Shown one piece after another: positions 1-9,215 of a stretch of 64,000 nucleotides of DNA. Position 1 is the stretch's first letter. Each line of letters opens with the position of its first letter. Both the position numbers and the translations under genes were made by a program. The stretch lies in contig JAIKWA010000090.1 of assembly GCA_024685135.1 (NCBI GenBank), forward strand, positions 29,267 through 93,266, in the 5' to 3' direction. Source of the stretch: Saccharofermentans sp. GTDB lineage: Bacteria > Bacillota > Clostridia > Saccharofermentanales > Saccharofermentanaceae. A model generated the notes under the pieces. It did not search any database. It was not told where the DNA came from and was given only the letters and a program-made list of their open reading frames with translations.

Positions 1-863
1 CGAGGTTCTACGATCTCGTTCAGCTCATGGGTTTATCTCACGGCACTGACGTCTGGACCGGTAACGCTCAGGATCTGATAAGAGAAGGTATCTGCGACAT
101 CAATTCCGTAATCGGATGCCGTGACTCCATCATGACAAGGCTCATCTATTGGGGACTTCCCAACAAGGATGCCTTCGACATCATGGAGGCAGTGCGTAAG
201 GGTAAAGTTGCAAAGGGCGAGGAGCCCAGATGGCCTCAGTTCAAGGAGGAGATGAAGGAGTGCGGCGTACCTGACTGGTATATCGATTCATGCAATAAGA
301 TCAAATACATGTTCCCTAAGGCACATGCAGCTGCTTATTCGATCTCCACTCTCAGAGTTGCCTGGTTTAAGGTCTACTATCCCGAGGAATACTATTGCGC
401 ATTCTTCACGATAAGAGGTGAAGGTTTCGATGCCGAGACAATGTGCTTCGGTCCCGAGAAGGTCAAGAAGAAGAGACTTGAGCTCCAGGAGAAGATGAGG
501 ACATCAGACAACCCCAACACCAAGAACGAATACTATCTCTGCGAGCTCGTCGAGGAGATGTATGCAAGAGGTATAACATTTGCTCCAATATCCCTTACTG
601 AATCTGACGGTAAGAGGTTTAAGAAGGTCAGCAAGGGCGTGATAATCCCGCCTTTCAGTGCGATCGATTCCGTTTCCGAAGGTAACGGCAAGGCGATCTG
701 CGAGGCAAGGGAAGAAGGACCTTTTAAGAACCGTGAGGATTTTATGCTCAGGACTGGTGTAGGTCAGGCCGTAACCCAGAAACTCTTATCTTATGGCGGC
801 ATCTTGGATGACCTGCCGGAGAGTGCGCAGATAGATCTGTTTTCTTTATTAGACGGCAACTGA
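1..863 (+). CDS. polC: DNA polymerase III PolC-type alpha subunit, C-terminal fragment (5' end lies outside the window)
   Basis: The frame is open from the window edge. 'LSHGTDVWTGNAQDLI' and 'FPKAHAAAYSISTLRVAWFKVYYPEEYY' match the conserved PolC C-terminal region. Stop codon at 861-863. Confidence 0.85.
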   Translation, partial: RFYDLVQLMGLSHGTDVWTGNAQDLIREGICDINSVIGCRDSIMTRLIYWGLPNKDAFDIMEAVRKGKVAKGEEPRWPQFKEEMKECGVPDWYIDSCNKIKYMFPKAHAAAYSISTLRVAWFKVYYPEEYYCAFFTIRGEGFDAETMCFGPEKVKKKRLELQEKMRTSDNPNTKNEYYLCELVEEMYARGITFAPISLTESDGKRFKKVSKGVIIPPFSAIDSVSEGNGKAICEAREEGPFKNREDFMLRTGVGQAVTQKLLSYGGILDDLPESAQIDLFSLLDGN

Positions 864-864
864 T

Positions 865-3120
865 ATGGATATATGCAGCGTCTTGATAAGAGGTGCCGTA
901 AGGCAGACCGATAAGCCCTTTACTTATCTTATCCCGGAAGAACTCAAGGGTAAGATATTGCCGGGCTCATTCGTAAGGATACCTTTTGGCAGGGCCAATA
1001 AGCTTAGCTCGGCTGTCGTAATAGGTACATCAGATCAGGATGTGGACACTTCCAAGACCAAGTCTGTTGACTCTCTCATATCAGAGCTTCCCGTAATGAA
1101 CGAAGACCAGTTAAAGCTCATAGACATGATCTCTATGAGATTTAACTGCACCAAGGGTGATGCCATAGAGCTTATGGTGCCTTCCTGCGTTGAGCAGCAC
1201 AAGGATCCCGAGTTGACCTATGTTAAGATAGCTGATGCAAATGTTGCTGAAGCAGTCCTTACAGCAGGTTCCTTAAGATCTCAAGCTCATATAAATATCC
1301 TGGAATATCTGCTTTCTTCCGGTGATACCGAGAGGAGCATGCTGATAGCATCTTTAGGCGTATCTCCCACTCAGCTCAAAGCCGTTATAGATAAGGGACT
1401 TGTAACTGCCTACAAGAAAAAGGCTGAAGCATCTGTTTCAGATACTTCATTGGTAGATAAGGACAGCTTAGATGAGAAGTTCGTCATGACCTTCGATCTT
1501 AATGATGAACAGAAGGCCGCTGTAAGGGACATAAGCAGCGATGATCCGGCAAGTGTATATCTTCTGTTCGGCATAACGGGTTCAGGCAAGACCGAAGTCT
1601 ATCTTAACTGCGCTCAGGAATGCCTAAACAAAGGACGCAATGTCTTATACTTAGTCCCCGAGATATCCCTTACTCCTCAGACCATAAACTGGATCGTTGG
1701 CCGCTTGGGCGAGAGGGTGGCAGTGCTTCACAGCCGCCTTACTCCGAGACAGAGATACGAGCAGTGGGACAGGATCAGAAGAGGCGTTGCAAGAGTAGTG
1801 GTAGCGCCGAGAAGCGGGATCTTTGCGCCAGTAAAGGATCTCGGACTGATCATCATCGATGAGGAACACGATTCCTCTTATAAGTCCGAGACTCATCCGA
1901 GGTATAACACCAAGGATGTCGCCAGGATGAGACAGGGCCTTACAGGAGCCAAGATAATCTTGGGCTCTGCTACCCCTTCGGTAGAGAGCTTCTATGCGGC
2001 AAAGAAGAATGTCTATAAGCTCATAACTCTCAAGGAACGCGCGCACGGCGAAGCAAAGCTTCCCGAGATAATCCCCGTTGACATGAAGGAGCAGCTTAAG
2101 CTCGGCGCAGGCGAGATGCTCTCGGTCCCTCTAAGGCAGGCAATGGCAAGAGCCTTCTCTCAGAAGAAACAGGTAATGCTCTTCCTTAACAGGAGAGGCT
2201 ACTCCAGGACCTTGGTATGCGGTGATTGCGGTACCACGGTAAACTGCGTCAACTGCTCCGTCGCCATGACCTTGCATAACAATAAGAGGACTGGCGGCAA
2301 GAGCCTCGTATGCCATTACTGCGGATATACCATCCCCGTCAGTGAAGCAAGATGCACCGGGTGCGGCGGCACCAATTTTACAAGGGCAGGCTTCGGCACG
2401 CAGCAGCTCGAAGAGCTTCTCAAAGAGCTCTATCCCTGCGAGAAGATACTTCGTATGGATCAGGATACGACGATGTCTCCCGACGCTCACAGCGAGATTA
2501 TAAGCAAGTTTGCAAAGAAGGAAGCATCCGTACTCATAGGAACGCAGATGATCGCAAAGGGACTCGATTTCCCCGATGTTACCGTCGTAGGAATACTTGG
2601 TGCAGACCTCATGCTGATGTCGTCTAACTACATGGCATCAGAGCGCGCCTTCCAGCTTATAACCCAGGCCGCCGGCAGAGCGGGCAGGGGAGACTATCCG
2701 GGCGAGGTATATATCCAGAGCTACAGGCCCGAGCTTCCCTTATTCAGATATGCCTGCACCCAGGACTATCTGTCTTTCTTCGATTCTGAGATCGAATATC
2801 GCGAAAAGGTTAAGCTCCCGCCATTCAAGGCTATAGGAGAGCTCGTCGTATCCTCCGCAGATGAAGATGATGTCATAACCAAATCGAATATCCTGGCAGA
2901 TTACTTAAGACAGTTCCTCGAGGTACAGGATCCCAAGTACGGCTTTGAGCTCTATGGTCCTATCCCCGATGTGTTATATGAGCTTCGAGGTAAGTTCCGT
3001 ATGGATATCGTTATCAAGGCTTCCAACAAGTCTGCGATCAATGCGGTCTTCAGACAGGTGGCCTCGGATTTCGATCCCAAGATATACCAGATAGGTGTCA
3101 ATAACGACGCTTCAGGCTGA
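865..3120 (+). CDS. priA: Primosomal protein N' (replication restart helicase PriA)
   Basis: 751 aa. Walker A 'GITGSGKTEVY', DEAH-like box 'IIIDEEHDSSYK', and a Cys-rich zinc region 'CGDCG..CVNCS..CHYCG..CTGCGG'. Confidence 0.9.
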   Translation: MDICSVLIRGAVRQTDKPFTYLIPEELKGKILPGSFVRIPFGRANKLSSAVVIGTSDQDVDTSKTKSVDSLISELPVMNEDQLKLIDMISMRFNCTKGDAIELMVPSCVEQHKDPELTYVKIADANVAEAVLTAGSLRSQAHINILEYLLSSGDTERSMLIASLGVSPTQLKAVIDKGLVTAYKKKAEASVSDTSLVDKDSLDEKFVMTFDLNDEQKAAVRDISSDDPASVYLLFGITGSGKTEVYLNCAQECLNKGRNVLYLVPEISLTPQTINWIVGRLGERVAVLHSRLTPRQRYEQWDRIRRGVARVVVAPRSGIFAPVKDLGLIIIDEEHDSSYKSETHPRYNTKDVARMRQGLTGAKIILGSATPSVESFYAAKKNVYKLITLKERAHGEAKLPEIIPVDMKEQLKLGAGEMLSVPLRQAMARAFSQKKQVMLFLNRRGYSRTLVCGDCGTTVNCVNCSVAMTLHNNKRTGGKSLVCHYCGYTIPVSEARCTGCGGTNFTRAGFGTQQLEELLKELYPCEKILRMDQDTTMSPDAHSEIISKFAKKEASVLIGTQMIAKGLDFPDVTVVGILGADLMLMSSNYMASERAFQLITQAAGRAGRGDYPGEVYIQSYRPELPLFRYACTQDYLSFFDSEIEYREKVKLPPFKAIGELVVSSADEDDVITKSNILADYLRQFLEVQDPKYGFELYGPIPDVLYELRGKFRMDIVIKASNKSAINAVFRQVASDFDPKIYQIGVNNDASG

Positions 3121-3165
3121 GGTTGTACGCCCCTTATATACAAATGTGCGCGCAGTAAGTATAAA

Positions 3166-3194
3166 TTGATTATTGGCTTTTGGAATGATAAAAT
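3166..3194 (+). promoter_or_regulatory. Candidate sigma-A promoter for dapA-dapB
   Basis: TTGATT (3166-3171), 17-nt spacer, TAAAAT (3189-3194), with an extended -10 TG at 3186-3187. It lies 40 nt upstream of the dapA ATG. Confidence 0.5.
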
Positions 3195-3234
3195 CTTGCA
3201 TGGCATATTATTTTTAAATTAAGGAGGTATCCTT

Positions 3235-4140
3235 ATGTCAAAGCTTGTTTTCGAGGGCGCCGCTGTTGCGATCGTTACTCCTTTTTTTGAGAATGGTGGA
3301 ATTAATTTCGAAGAACTCGGTAAGATGATCGAGTTTGAGATCGCAAACAAGATCGACAGTATCGTTATCTGCGGATCTACAGGTGAAGCTGCTACGATGA
3401 CTGATAAAGAGCATATCGATGCTATCAAGTTCGCCGTTGATACAGTTGCAGGCAGGGTTCCCGTAATCGCAGGAACAGGATCCAACGACACGGCTTATTG
3501 CCTCGATCTTACAAAGCGCGCTTCTGCTTTGGGTATCGATGCTGCTCTGCTCGTTACTCCTTACTATAACAAGTGCACACAGGAAGGTCTGTATCGTCAC
3601 TATAAGGCAGTCGCTGCTGCAGTCGATTGTCCTATCATCCTTTACAACGTACCTTCAAGGACTAATGTTAATATCAGCCCCGAGCTCTTATACAGACTTG
3701 CGGAATTCGAGAATATCGTAGGCGTTAAGGAGTGCAACCTCGATCAGGTTCCCACTACTTTCTCCCTTTGCGGTGACAGATTCGCAATGTATTCCGGTGA
3801 GGACGCTCTGGCTGTTCCCATGTGCTCTCTTGGCGGTAAGGGTGTTATCTCTGTTATTGCTAACATCATCCCCGAGACCACATCCAAGATGATCCACAGC
3901 TTCCTTGACGGCGATATCGAGACTGCAAGAAGACTTCAGATCGAAGTAGTACCGCTCGTTAAGGCTATGTTCTGTGAAGTCAACCCGATCCCCGTAAAGG
4001 ATGCAATGAATATCCTCGGCTGGAACGCAGGTCCTTGCAGACTTCCTCTTTGCGAATTAAGCGAAGCAGGCAGAGCTAAGGTCATCGAGACACTTGCAAA
4101 GTACGACACATCGGCAATGAATGCATTTATCAACAAATAA
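3235..4140 (+). CDS. dapA: 4-hydroxy-tetrahydrodipicolinate synthase
   Basis: 301 aa. RBS AAGGAGG at 3221-3227. N-terminal 'AIVTPF' and 'ICGSTGEAATMT' motifs are typical of the DapA/NAL family. dapB is adjacent. Confidence 0.9.
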   Translation: MSKLVFEGAAVAIVTPFFENGGINFEELGKMIEFEIANKIDSIVICGSTGEAATMTDKEHIDAIKFAVDTVAGRVPVIAGTGSNDTAYCLDLTKRASALGIDAALLVTPYYNKCTQEGLYRHYKAVAAAVDCPIILYNVPSRTNVNISPELLYRLAEFENIVGVKECNLDQVPTTFSLCGDRFAMYSGEDALAVPMCSLGGKGVISVIANIIPETTSKMIHSFLDGDIETARRLQIEVVPLVKAMFCEVNPIPVKDAMNILGWNAGPCRLPLCELSEAGRAKVIETLAKYDTSAMNAFINK

Positions 4141-4153
4141 TAGGAGTAGTGAT

Positions 4154-4921
4154 ATGGTAAAGATTTTTCTTAATGGTTGTTGCGGAAGAATGGGACATGC
4201 TATAGCTGATCTGTGTTCTCACAGTGATGACTATGTAATCGTCGCAGGTAGCGACGTAGCTAAGTACGACGGTTATTCATTCCCCGTATATCAGAATCCC
4301 GCTGATTCAACAGAGGACTTCGATGTAATAATCGATTTCTCCAATGCGATGGCAGTTCCTACGATCCTTAACTTTGCTCTTGCAAAGAAGAAGCCCTTCA
4401 TCTGCTGCACAACGGCACTTGACGATGCTACCATAGCAGAGATCCTCAAGGCTTCCGAAGAGATCGCAGTGTTCAAGTCAGCTAACATGAGCGTAGGTAT
4501 CAACCTTATGCTCGAGCTCGTAAAGAATGCTACCAAGGCTCTTTATCCCGATTACGATATCGAGATCGTTGAAGCACATCACAACCGCAAGGTGGATGCT
4601 CCTTCCGGAACAGCAATGATGCTCGCTGCCGCAGTTCAGCAGGAAGCTCCCGACACACTCGATTATGTCTATGACAGACATTCCGTAAGTGAACCCAGGA
4701 AGAAGAATCAGATAGGTATATCTTCAATAAGAGGCGGTAACATCATCGGTGAGCATCAGGTTATGTTCGTCGGCGACGAAGAAGTAGTAACTATCAGCCA
4801 CAGCGCTCAGTCACGCGATGTATTCGCAAAGGGTGCGCTCAAGGCTGCAGAATTTATGTGCGGTAAGCAGTCCGGCTATTTTACAATGGCTGATTGCATT
4901 GCCGAGCTGATCAAAGAATAA
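4154..4921 (+). CDS. dapB: 4-hydroxy-tetrahydrodipicolinate reductase
   Basis: Start chosen at ATG 4154, after RBS AGGAG (4142-4146). Nucleotide-binding N-terminus 'MVKIFLNGCCGRMGH'; 'EAHHNRKVDAPSGTA' is the DapB signature. Confidence 0.9.
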   Translation: MVKIFLNGCCGRMGHAIADLCSHSDDYVIVAGSDVAKYDGYSFPVYQNPADSTEDFDVIIDFSNAMAVPTILNFALAKKKPFICCTTALDDATIAEILKASEEIAVFKSANMSVGINLMLELVKNATKALYPDYDIEIVEAHHNRKVDAPSGTAMMLAAAVQQEAPDTLDYVYDRHSVSEPRKKNQIGISSIRGGNIIGEHQVMFVGDEEVVTISHSAQSRDVFAKGALKAAEFMCGKQSGYFTMADCIAELIKE

Positions 4922-4945
4922 GAAACCAAAGGAGTAATTTTATTA

Positions 4946-5353
4946 ATGGATAATTTATTGGTAATCGGTGCATCAACAGGTGACACACTCACAAATAACG
5001 ACATGATGGGATCTATCTATTCCATAGGTCTTCTCGTTATCATGTTTGTTGTCTTCTACTTCGTCCTTATCAGACCTCAGAGGAAGAGAGATAAGGAACT
5101 CAAGCAACAGATGGAGAAGCTCTCTGTAGGTGATAAGGTTGCAACGATCGGCGGTCTCGTTGGTTTTGTAGCTCAGATCAAGGATAACGAAGTAACTATC
5201 GCAACATCCGCGGCAAATACTCTTGTTACTTTTACAAAGAGCTCCATCCAGACTGTTATTAAGCGTGAGAACCTCAATCCTGACGGTTCCGTTAAGCCTG
5301 CTGCTTCTGAGAAGAAGGGACTTTTCGGCAAGTCTAAGACAACTGAAGAGTAA
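4946..5353 (+). CDS. yajC: Preprotein translocase subunit YajC
   Basis: 135 aa. One N-terminal TM helix followed by 'IRPQRKRDKELKQQMEKLSVGDKVATIGGLVG', the YajC core motif. Confidence 0.8.
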   Translation: MDNLLVIGASTGDTLTNNDMMGSIYSIGLLVIMFVVFYFVLIRPQRKRDKELKQQMEKLSVGDKVATIGGLVGFVAQIKDNEVTIATSAANTLVTFTKSSIQTVIKRENLNPDGSVKPAASEKKGLFGKSKTTEE

Positions 5354-5378
5354 GCCTAAACTACAATCAGTATTCAAT

Positions 5379-5402
5379 AGGCCCGGCGCAATAACCGGGC
5401 CT
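5379..5402 (+). terminator. GC-rich stem-loop after yajC (weak terminator or processing hairpin)
   Basis: AGGCCCGG / CCGGGCCT 8-bp stem with an 8-nt loop. The downstream U-tract is poor (TATATGG), so termination is uncertain. Confidence 0.3.
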
Positions 5403-5426
5403 TATATGGTAATAAACGGGAGAAAT

Positions 5427-7364
5427 ATGGGAAGGATACCAGACAGCGTTATAGCAGAAGTACTTAACAGAGCCGATATCGTTGATGTCGTCGGCAGTTA
5501 TGTCTCGCTCAAGCCCAAGGGCGGTAACTATTGGGCCTGCTGTCCTTTCCACGGAGAGAAGACTCCTTCCTTCAGTGTTAATCCCGCAAGAGGCATCTTT
5601 AAGTGCTTCGGCTGCAACAAGGGCGGTAATGCGATCGGCTTCATCATGGAGATGGAGCGTCTTAATTATCCCGAAGCGATAAGATTCCTGGCAGACAAAT
5701 ACGGTGTTAATATCCCCGATACAGGTTACGATGACGGTGATGACCTTCTGCGCAAGAAGAAGGAGAGAGTCTCCGGCATCCTGAAGGAAGCCTGCAAGTA
5801 TTTCTACTACAGCCTCTATGACGAAGAGGTCGGCAGGCAGGGCATGCAGTATGCAAGGGCAAGAGGCTTTGACGACAACACATTGAAGCACTTTGGTATA
5901 GGCTTTGCCCCCGACCAGTGGGAAGGACTTTATAACACGGTAAGGGCCCTGGGCTATACCGATGAAGAGATGATGGAGTCCGGTCTGTTTACAAGGACCA
6001 AGAAGGGCAATGTCATTGACCTTTTCAGGAACAGACTGATGTTCCCGATATTCGATGTTAGAGACAACATCATCGCCTTCGGCGGCAGGGCGATCACACC
6101 CGTCGAGGAGAGAAAGTATATCAATTCTCCCGACTCTCTCGTATATAACAAGCAGAAGCATCTTTATGCTTTAAACTGGGCCAAGAAGGAGAAGAGTAAT
6201 CAGCTCATAATCGTTGAAGGCTATATGGATGCGATATCGATGCACAGAGCAGGCTTCAGGAATACCGTAGCATCTTTGGGTACGGCATTTACCGCAGACC
6301 AGCTTAAGCTCTGCGCGAGATATACCACCAACGGTGAGGTAGTATTCTTTTTCGATGCCGACAGCGCAGGACAGAGCGCTGCCATGAGGGCTATCCCCAT
6401 GATGTGCGATTTCCTTCGCAAGAACGAGAAGAGCCACATAAGGATCAAGATAGCCAAGGTGCCGGACGGCAAGGACCCCGATGAATTCATCAAGGTGAAC
6501 GGAGCCGGGGCTTTCGCTGATGTCGTAAGGAATGCTTACTATGTGGAAGACTATCTTCTTGACAGAGCATATTCGGATAACTTCGATAAGAAGAGCGGAC
6601 TTGATACGGGCAAGTATCAGGAAGATGTCTGCCTCTACGGTTCCTGGATGAACGATGAGATCGCAAAGTCCAAGATGGCCAACGCCGCTGCAAACAAGCT
6701 CGGTGCCAACAGCGATATAGTCTTAAGGCAGATGATAAGCATTGCCGAGCGCAAGGCTTCTGATGAGGATCTGTCAAGATCAAGAGAAGCAAGCAGGGCA
6801 AAGCAGGCTGATATGGAGAGCCGCAACAGAGAACTCCCCACAGAGGGCTCCGAGATAACCGAAGAAGCAAATAATGTAGCCGTATCGGATCAGGCAACTA
6901 ACGATGAGATCATGCTCTTTGCTTTTGCAATGTCATTGCAGGAGAGCCTTACGGATCAGGCAATGCTAAGTAAGACTGACATAATAAGACCTTCTGACTT
7001 CGCAGGCGATACCATGAAGACCATAGTATCCAGATTCTTTGAACTCTACGACCCCGAATTCGGGGCATCCTTTGCCCGCATGATGGAGACCTTCATGGGT
7101 CTTACCATTAACGGCGAGGCTGCTGAAGATGTAATGGCAAGAGCATACGACAAGGCGTGCGCTTCAGGCTCCATACAGACCAGAAGAGATATGTATCTCG
7201 GGTATCTGTTCAGGATAAGGATCAAGGCTCTCGAAGAGAAGGAGCGCTATCTCATTGACAGTTATAAATTTGCAAGCGAAGAAGACAGAGCAAAGATCCA
7301 GGAGAATCTCAGGAAGATCACTCAGTATAAGCAGCAGCTCATGAAGGCAGGAGAGAATCTCTGA
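5427..7364 (+). CDS. dnaG: DNA primase
   Basis: Start chosen at ATG 5427 (GGGAG upstream); the ORF-track extension from 5223 overlaps yajC. Zinc finger 'CPFHGEKTPSFSVNPARGIFKCFGCNKGGN' and TOPRIM 'IIVEGYMDAIS'. Confidence 0.9.
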   Translation: MGRIPDSVIAEVLNRADIVDVVGSYVSLKPKGGNYWACCPFHGEKTPSFSVNPARGIFKCFGCNKGGNAIGFIMEMERLNYPEAIRFLADKYGVNIPDTGYDDGDDLLRKKKERVSGILKEACKYFYYSLYDEEVGRQGMQYARARGFDDNTLKHFGIGFAPDQWEGLYNTVRALGYTDEEMMESGLFTRTKKGNVIDLFRNRLMFPIFDVRDNIIAFGGRAITPVEERKYINSPDSLVYNKQKHLYALNWAKKEKSNQLIIVEGYMDAISMHRAGFRNTVASLGTAFTADQLKLCARYTTNGEVVFFFDADSAGQSAAMRAIPMMCDFLRKNEKSHIRIKIAKVPDGKDPDEFIKVNGAGAFADVVRNAYYVEDYLLDRAYSDNFDKKSGLDTGKYQEDVCLYGSWMNDEIAKSKMANAAANKLGANSDIVLRQMISIAERKASDEDLSRSREASRAKQADMESRNRELPTEGSEITEEANNVAVSDQATNDEIMLFAFAMSLQESLTDQAMLSKTDIIRPSDFAGDTMKTIVSRFFELYDPEFGASFARMMETFMGLTINGEAAEDVMARAYDKACASGSIQTRRDMYLGYLFRIRIKALEEKERYLIDSYKFASEEDRAKIQENLRKITQYKQQLMKAGENL

Positions 7365-8038
7365 TGACAGATCTTCCCGTAAGACTTGATACGATATTCC
7401 ATGAGGTTTGCAATGCAAGGGGTGATCTGGGACCCGGCAGAGTCTTGGATGTCGGATCAGACCACGGACTCTTATCGCTTAAATGCCTTGAAGAAGATAT
7501 GGCAACAAATGTCATATGCACGGACATAAGGCCTGACCCCGCATCAAAGAGCAAGCTCTTATTAGAGCAGAGCGGATATAAGACAAGATCCGAGGTTAAG
7601 GTAACAGACGGCCTTAACGGCGTTAGTGTAAGAGCAGGCGATGTTATCGTCATTGCCGGTATGGGCGGCCTTAACATCATCGATATACTTACCAGAGCTA
7701 TGGGAGGACTTGCTGAAGATATAAAGAGCAACATAGAGCTCATCCTTCAGCCTCAGAAGTCAACGGATCTGGTAAGGCGTTATCTTGCTGATAACGGCTT
7801 TGAATTCCTTGATGAAACAGTTTGTAAAGACCGCGATATTTTCTATAATGTATTAAGACTCAGATTTACGGGGCAAAGCTATAGCCTGGAGCTTAGGCAG
7901 GTCTACTATGGCCCTAAGAATCTCGAGCGCAAGGGGAAGGATAGTTTAACAGATGAATACCTTGAGCATCTTACGGAGGTATTCACGGTAAGGAGCAGGG
8001 GCAACGACGAGATAAGAGCCATGCTTCAGGGAGGATAG
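7364..8038 (+). CDS. trmK: tRNA (adenine22-N1)-methyltransferase TrmK-like
   Basis: 224 aa. SAM-binding 'VLDVGSDHGLLSL' and 'IAGMGG' motifs typical of the TrmK/YqfN family. Overlaps the dnaG stop by 1 nt and precedes a NIF3 gene, as in Bacillus yqfN-yqfO. Confidence 0.7.
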   Translation: MTDLPVRLDTIFHEVCNARGDLGPGRVLDVGSDHGLLSLKCLEEDMATNVICTDIRPDPASKSKLLLEQSGYKTRSEVKVTDGLNGVSVRAGDVIVIAGMGGLNIIDILTRAMGGLAEDIKSNIELILQPQKSTDLVRRYLADNGFEFLDETVCKDRDIFYNVLRLRFTGQSYSLELRQVYYGPKNLERKGKDSLTDEYLEHLTEVFTVRSRGNDEIRAMLQGG

Positions 8039-8040
8039 CG

Positions 8041-8808
8041 ATGCAGATCAAAGATGTTACAGATTATTTGGATGAAGTCTTTCCGAGACAGAATGCTTTG
8101 GATTACGATAACCCGGGACTTATGGCAGGTGACAGTTCTGCTTATCTCTCAGGTATCGTACTGTCTTTGGATTGTACAAATAAGGCTATCGATACGGCAG
8201 TAAAGAACGGATGCAATCTTCTTATAACTCACCATCCGATAATCTTCGGCGGTATCGATACCGTCTGCGTTGATACGGTAACAGGCAAGCTCTTATCGAG
8301 GCTCATAAAGACCGACATAGCTTGCTTTGCCTGCCACACGAATCTTGACCTTACGGATGAGTTCGGCAATCAGGCAATATGCGAAGCAATAGGTGCTCCG
8401 GTATCAGACAGGCTTGAGGGCGCCGTTTGCGGCAGCGTATTTGAGCTTGAAGAAGAGAGCAATATCCTCTCATTCAGACAGAAGGTCTCCGAAGGTCTTA
8501 AGACCAGCGGGATAATAACCATCAATCCTATGGATTCCAAGGTCAAGAAGGTGTTTGTCCAGGGTGGAGCCTTCGATGAGGATTCCATCGATGCGATCGT
8601 TAAGGCAGGCATCGATACGGTTATCTCAGGCGAGATCAAGCACCACATCACGGTGATGCTCGCTGAGCTCGGGATCAACACTCTTATCGCAGGTCATTCG
8701 GCCACAGAGCAGATATACCTGCCCAAACTTGAGAAATTGCTTCAATTAAAGTTCCCTCAGATCAAATTCATTGTTAACTATAATGATGAAGGTGCATCTG
8801 TACTTTAA
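8041..8808 (+). CDS. Nif3-like dinuclear metal centre protein (YqfO/YbgI family)
   Basis: 255 aa. 'NLLITHHPIIF' and 'AGHSATE' metal-ligand motifs of the NIF3 family. Confidence 0.75.
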   Translation: MQIKDVTDYLDEVFPRQNALDYDNPGLMAGDSSAYLSGIVLSLDCTNKAIDTAVKNGCNLLITHHPIIFGGIDTVCVDTVTGKLLSRLIKTDIACFACHTNLDLTDEFGNQAICEAIGAPVSDRLEGAVCGSVFELEEESNILSFRQKVSEGLKTSGIITINPMDSKVKKVFVQGGAFDEDSIDAIVKAGIDTVISGEIKHHITVMLAELGINTLIAGHSATEQIYLPKLEKLLQLKFPQIKFIVNYNDEGASVL

Positions 8809-8840
8809 TTGCCTTTTTAATTAAAATAAGTATGTTTTTC

Positions 8841-9183
8841 GGGCAGACCGAGACGATCGCGGGCACCGACCGGGCGAAAGCCCTGTGTGCATGAGGAAAG
8901 TCCGGGCTCCACAGGACAGGGTGCCGGGCAGTTCCCGGTGAAGGCAACTTTAAGGAAAGTGCAACAGAAAAGAAAACCGCCCGCAAGGGTAAGGATGAAA
9001 AGGCGAGGTAAGAGCTCACCGGCGGTATGGAGACATACCGGCCTTGTAAACCCCATCCGGAGCAACGTCGTGGGTGAGACATAACCGTTGTCCGCGGGTC
9101 TCAGGAGACGGCTTGAGGTCTAAAGAGATTTAGATCCTAGATAGATGATCGTCATATACAGAACCCGGCTTACCGGTCTGCAC
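8841..9183 (+). ncRNA. rnpB: RNase P RNA, bacterial type A
   Basis: Universal 'GAGGAAAGTCCGGGCTCCACAG' (CR-I region), 'AAGTGCAACAGAAAAGAAAACCGCC', and 3' 'ACAGAACCCGGCTTA'. P1 pairing of GCAGACCG (8843-8850) with CGGTCTGC (9174-9181). Confidence 0.9.
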
Positions 9184-9215
9184 GGAAAACTTATAAAGAT
9201 AACGGAGGAAGAATC

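Noticed and set aside
3195-3234. Lysine riboswitch expected upstream of dapA
   Set aside because: Only about 40 nt lie between the candidate promoter and the ATG. That is too short for an L-box, and no conserved L-box motifs are present.
5223-5426. N-terminal ORF-track extensions of dnaG (5223), dapB (4121), proC (31380), hppA (47648), rpsO (49967), purE (57281), recA (38388) and the SDR gene (30498)
   Set aside because: Each extension overlaps an upstream gene, tRNA or terminator and lacks an RBS. An internal ATG with a good Shine-Dalgarno and the conserved protein N-terminus was chosen instead.
5367-6161. 264-aa ORF antisense to dnaG
   Set aside because: The opposite strand encodes the conserved DnaG zinc-finger and TOPRIM domains. 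The antisense product has no recognisable motif or RBS.
8774-9084. Three small ORFs (65-102 aa) between nif3 and purM
   Set aside because: The region is the RNase P RNA gene, and the ORFs are artefacts of its GC-rich structured sequence.
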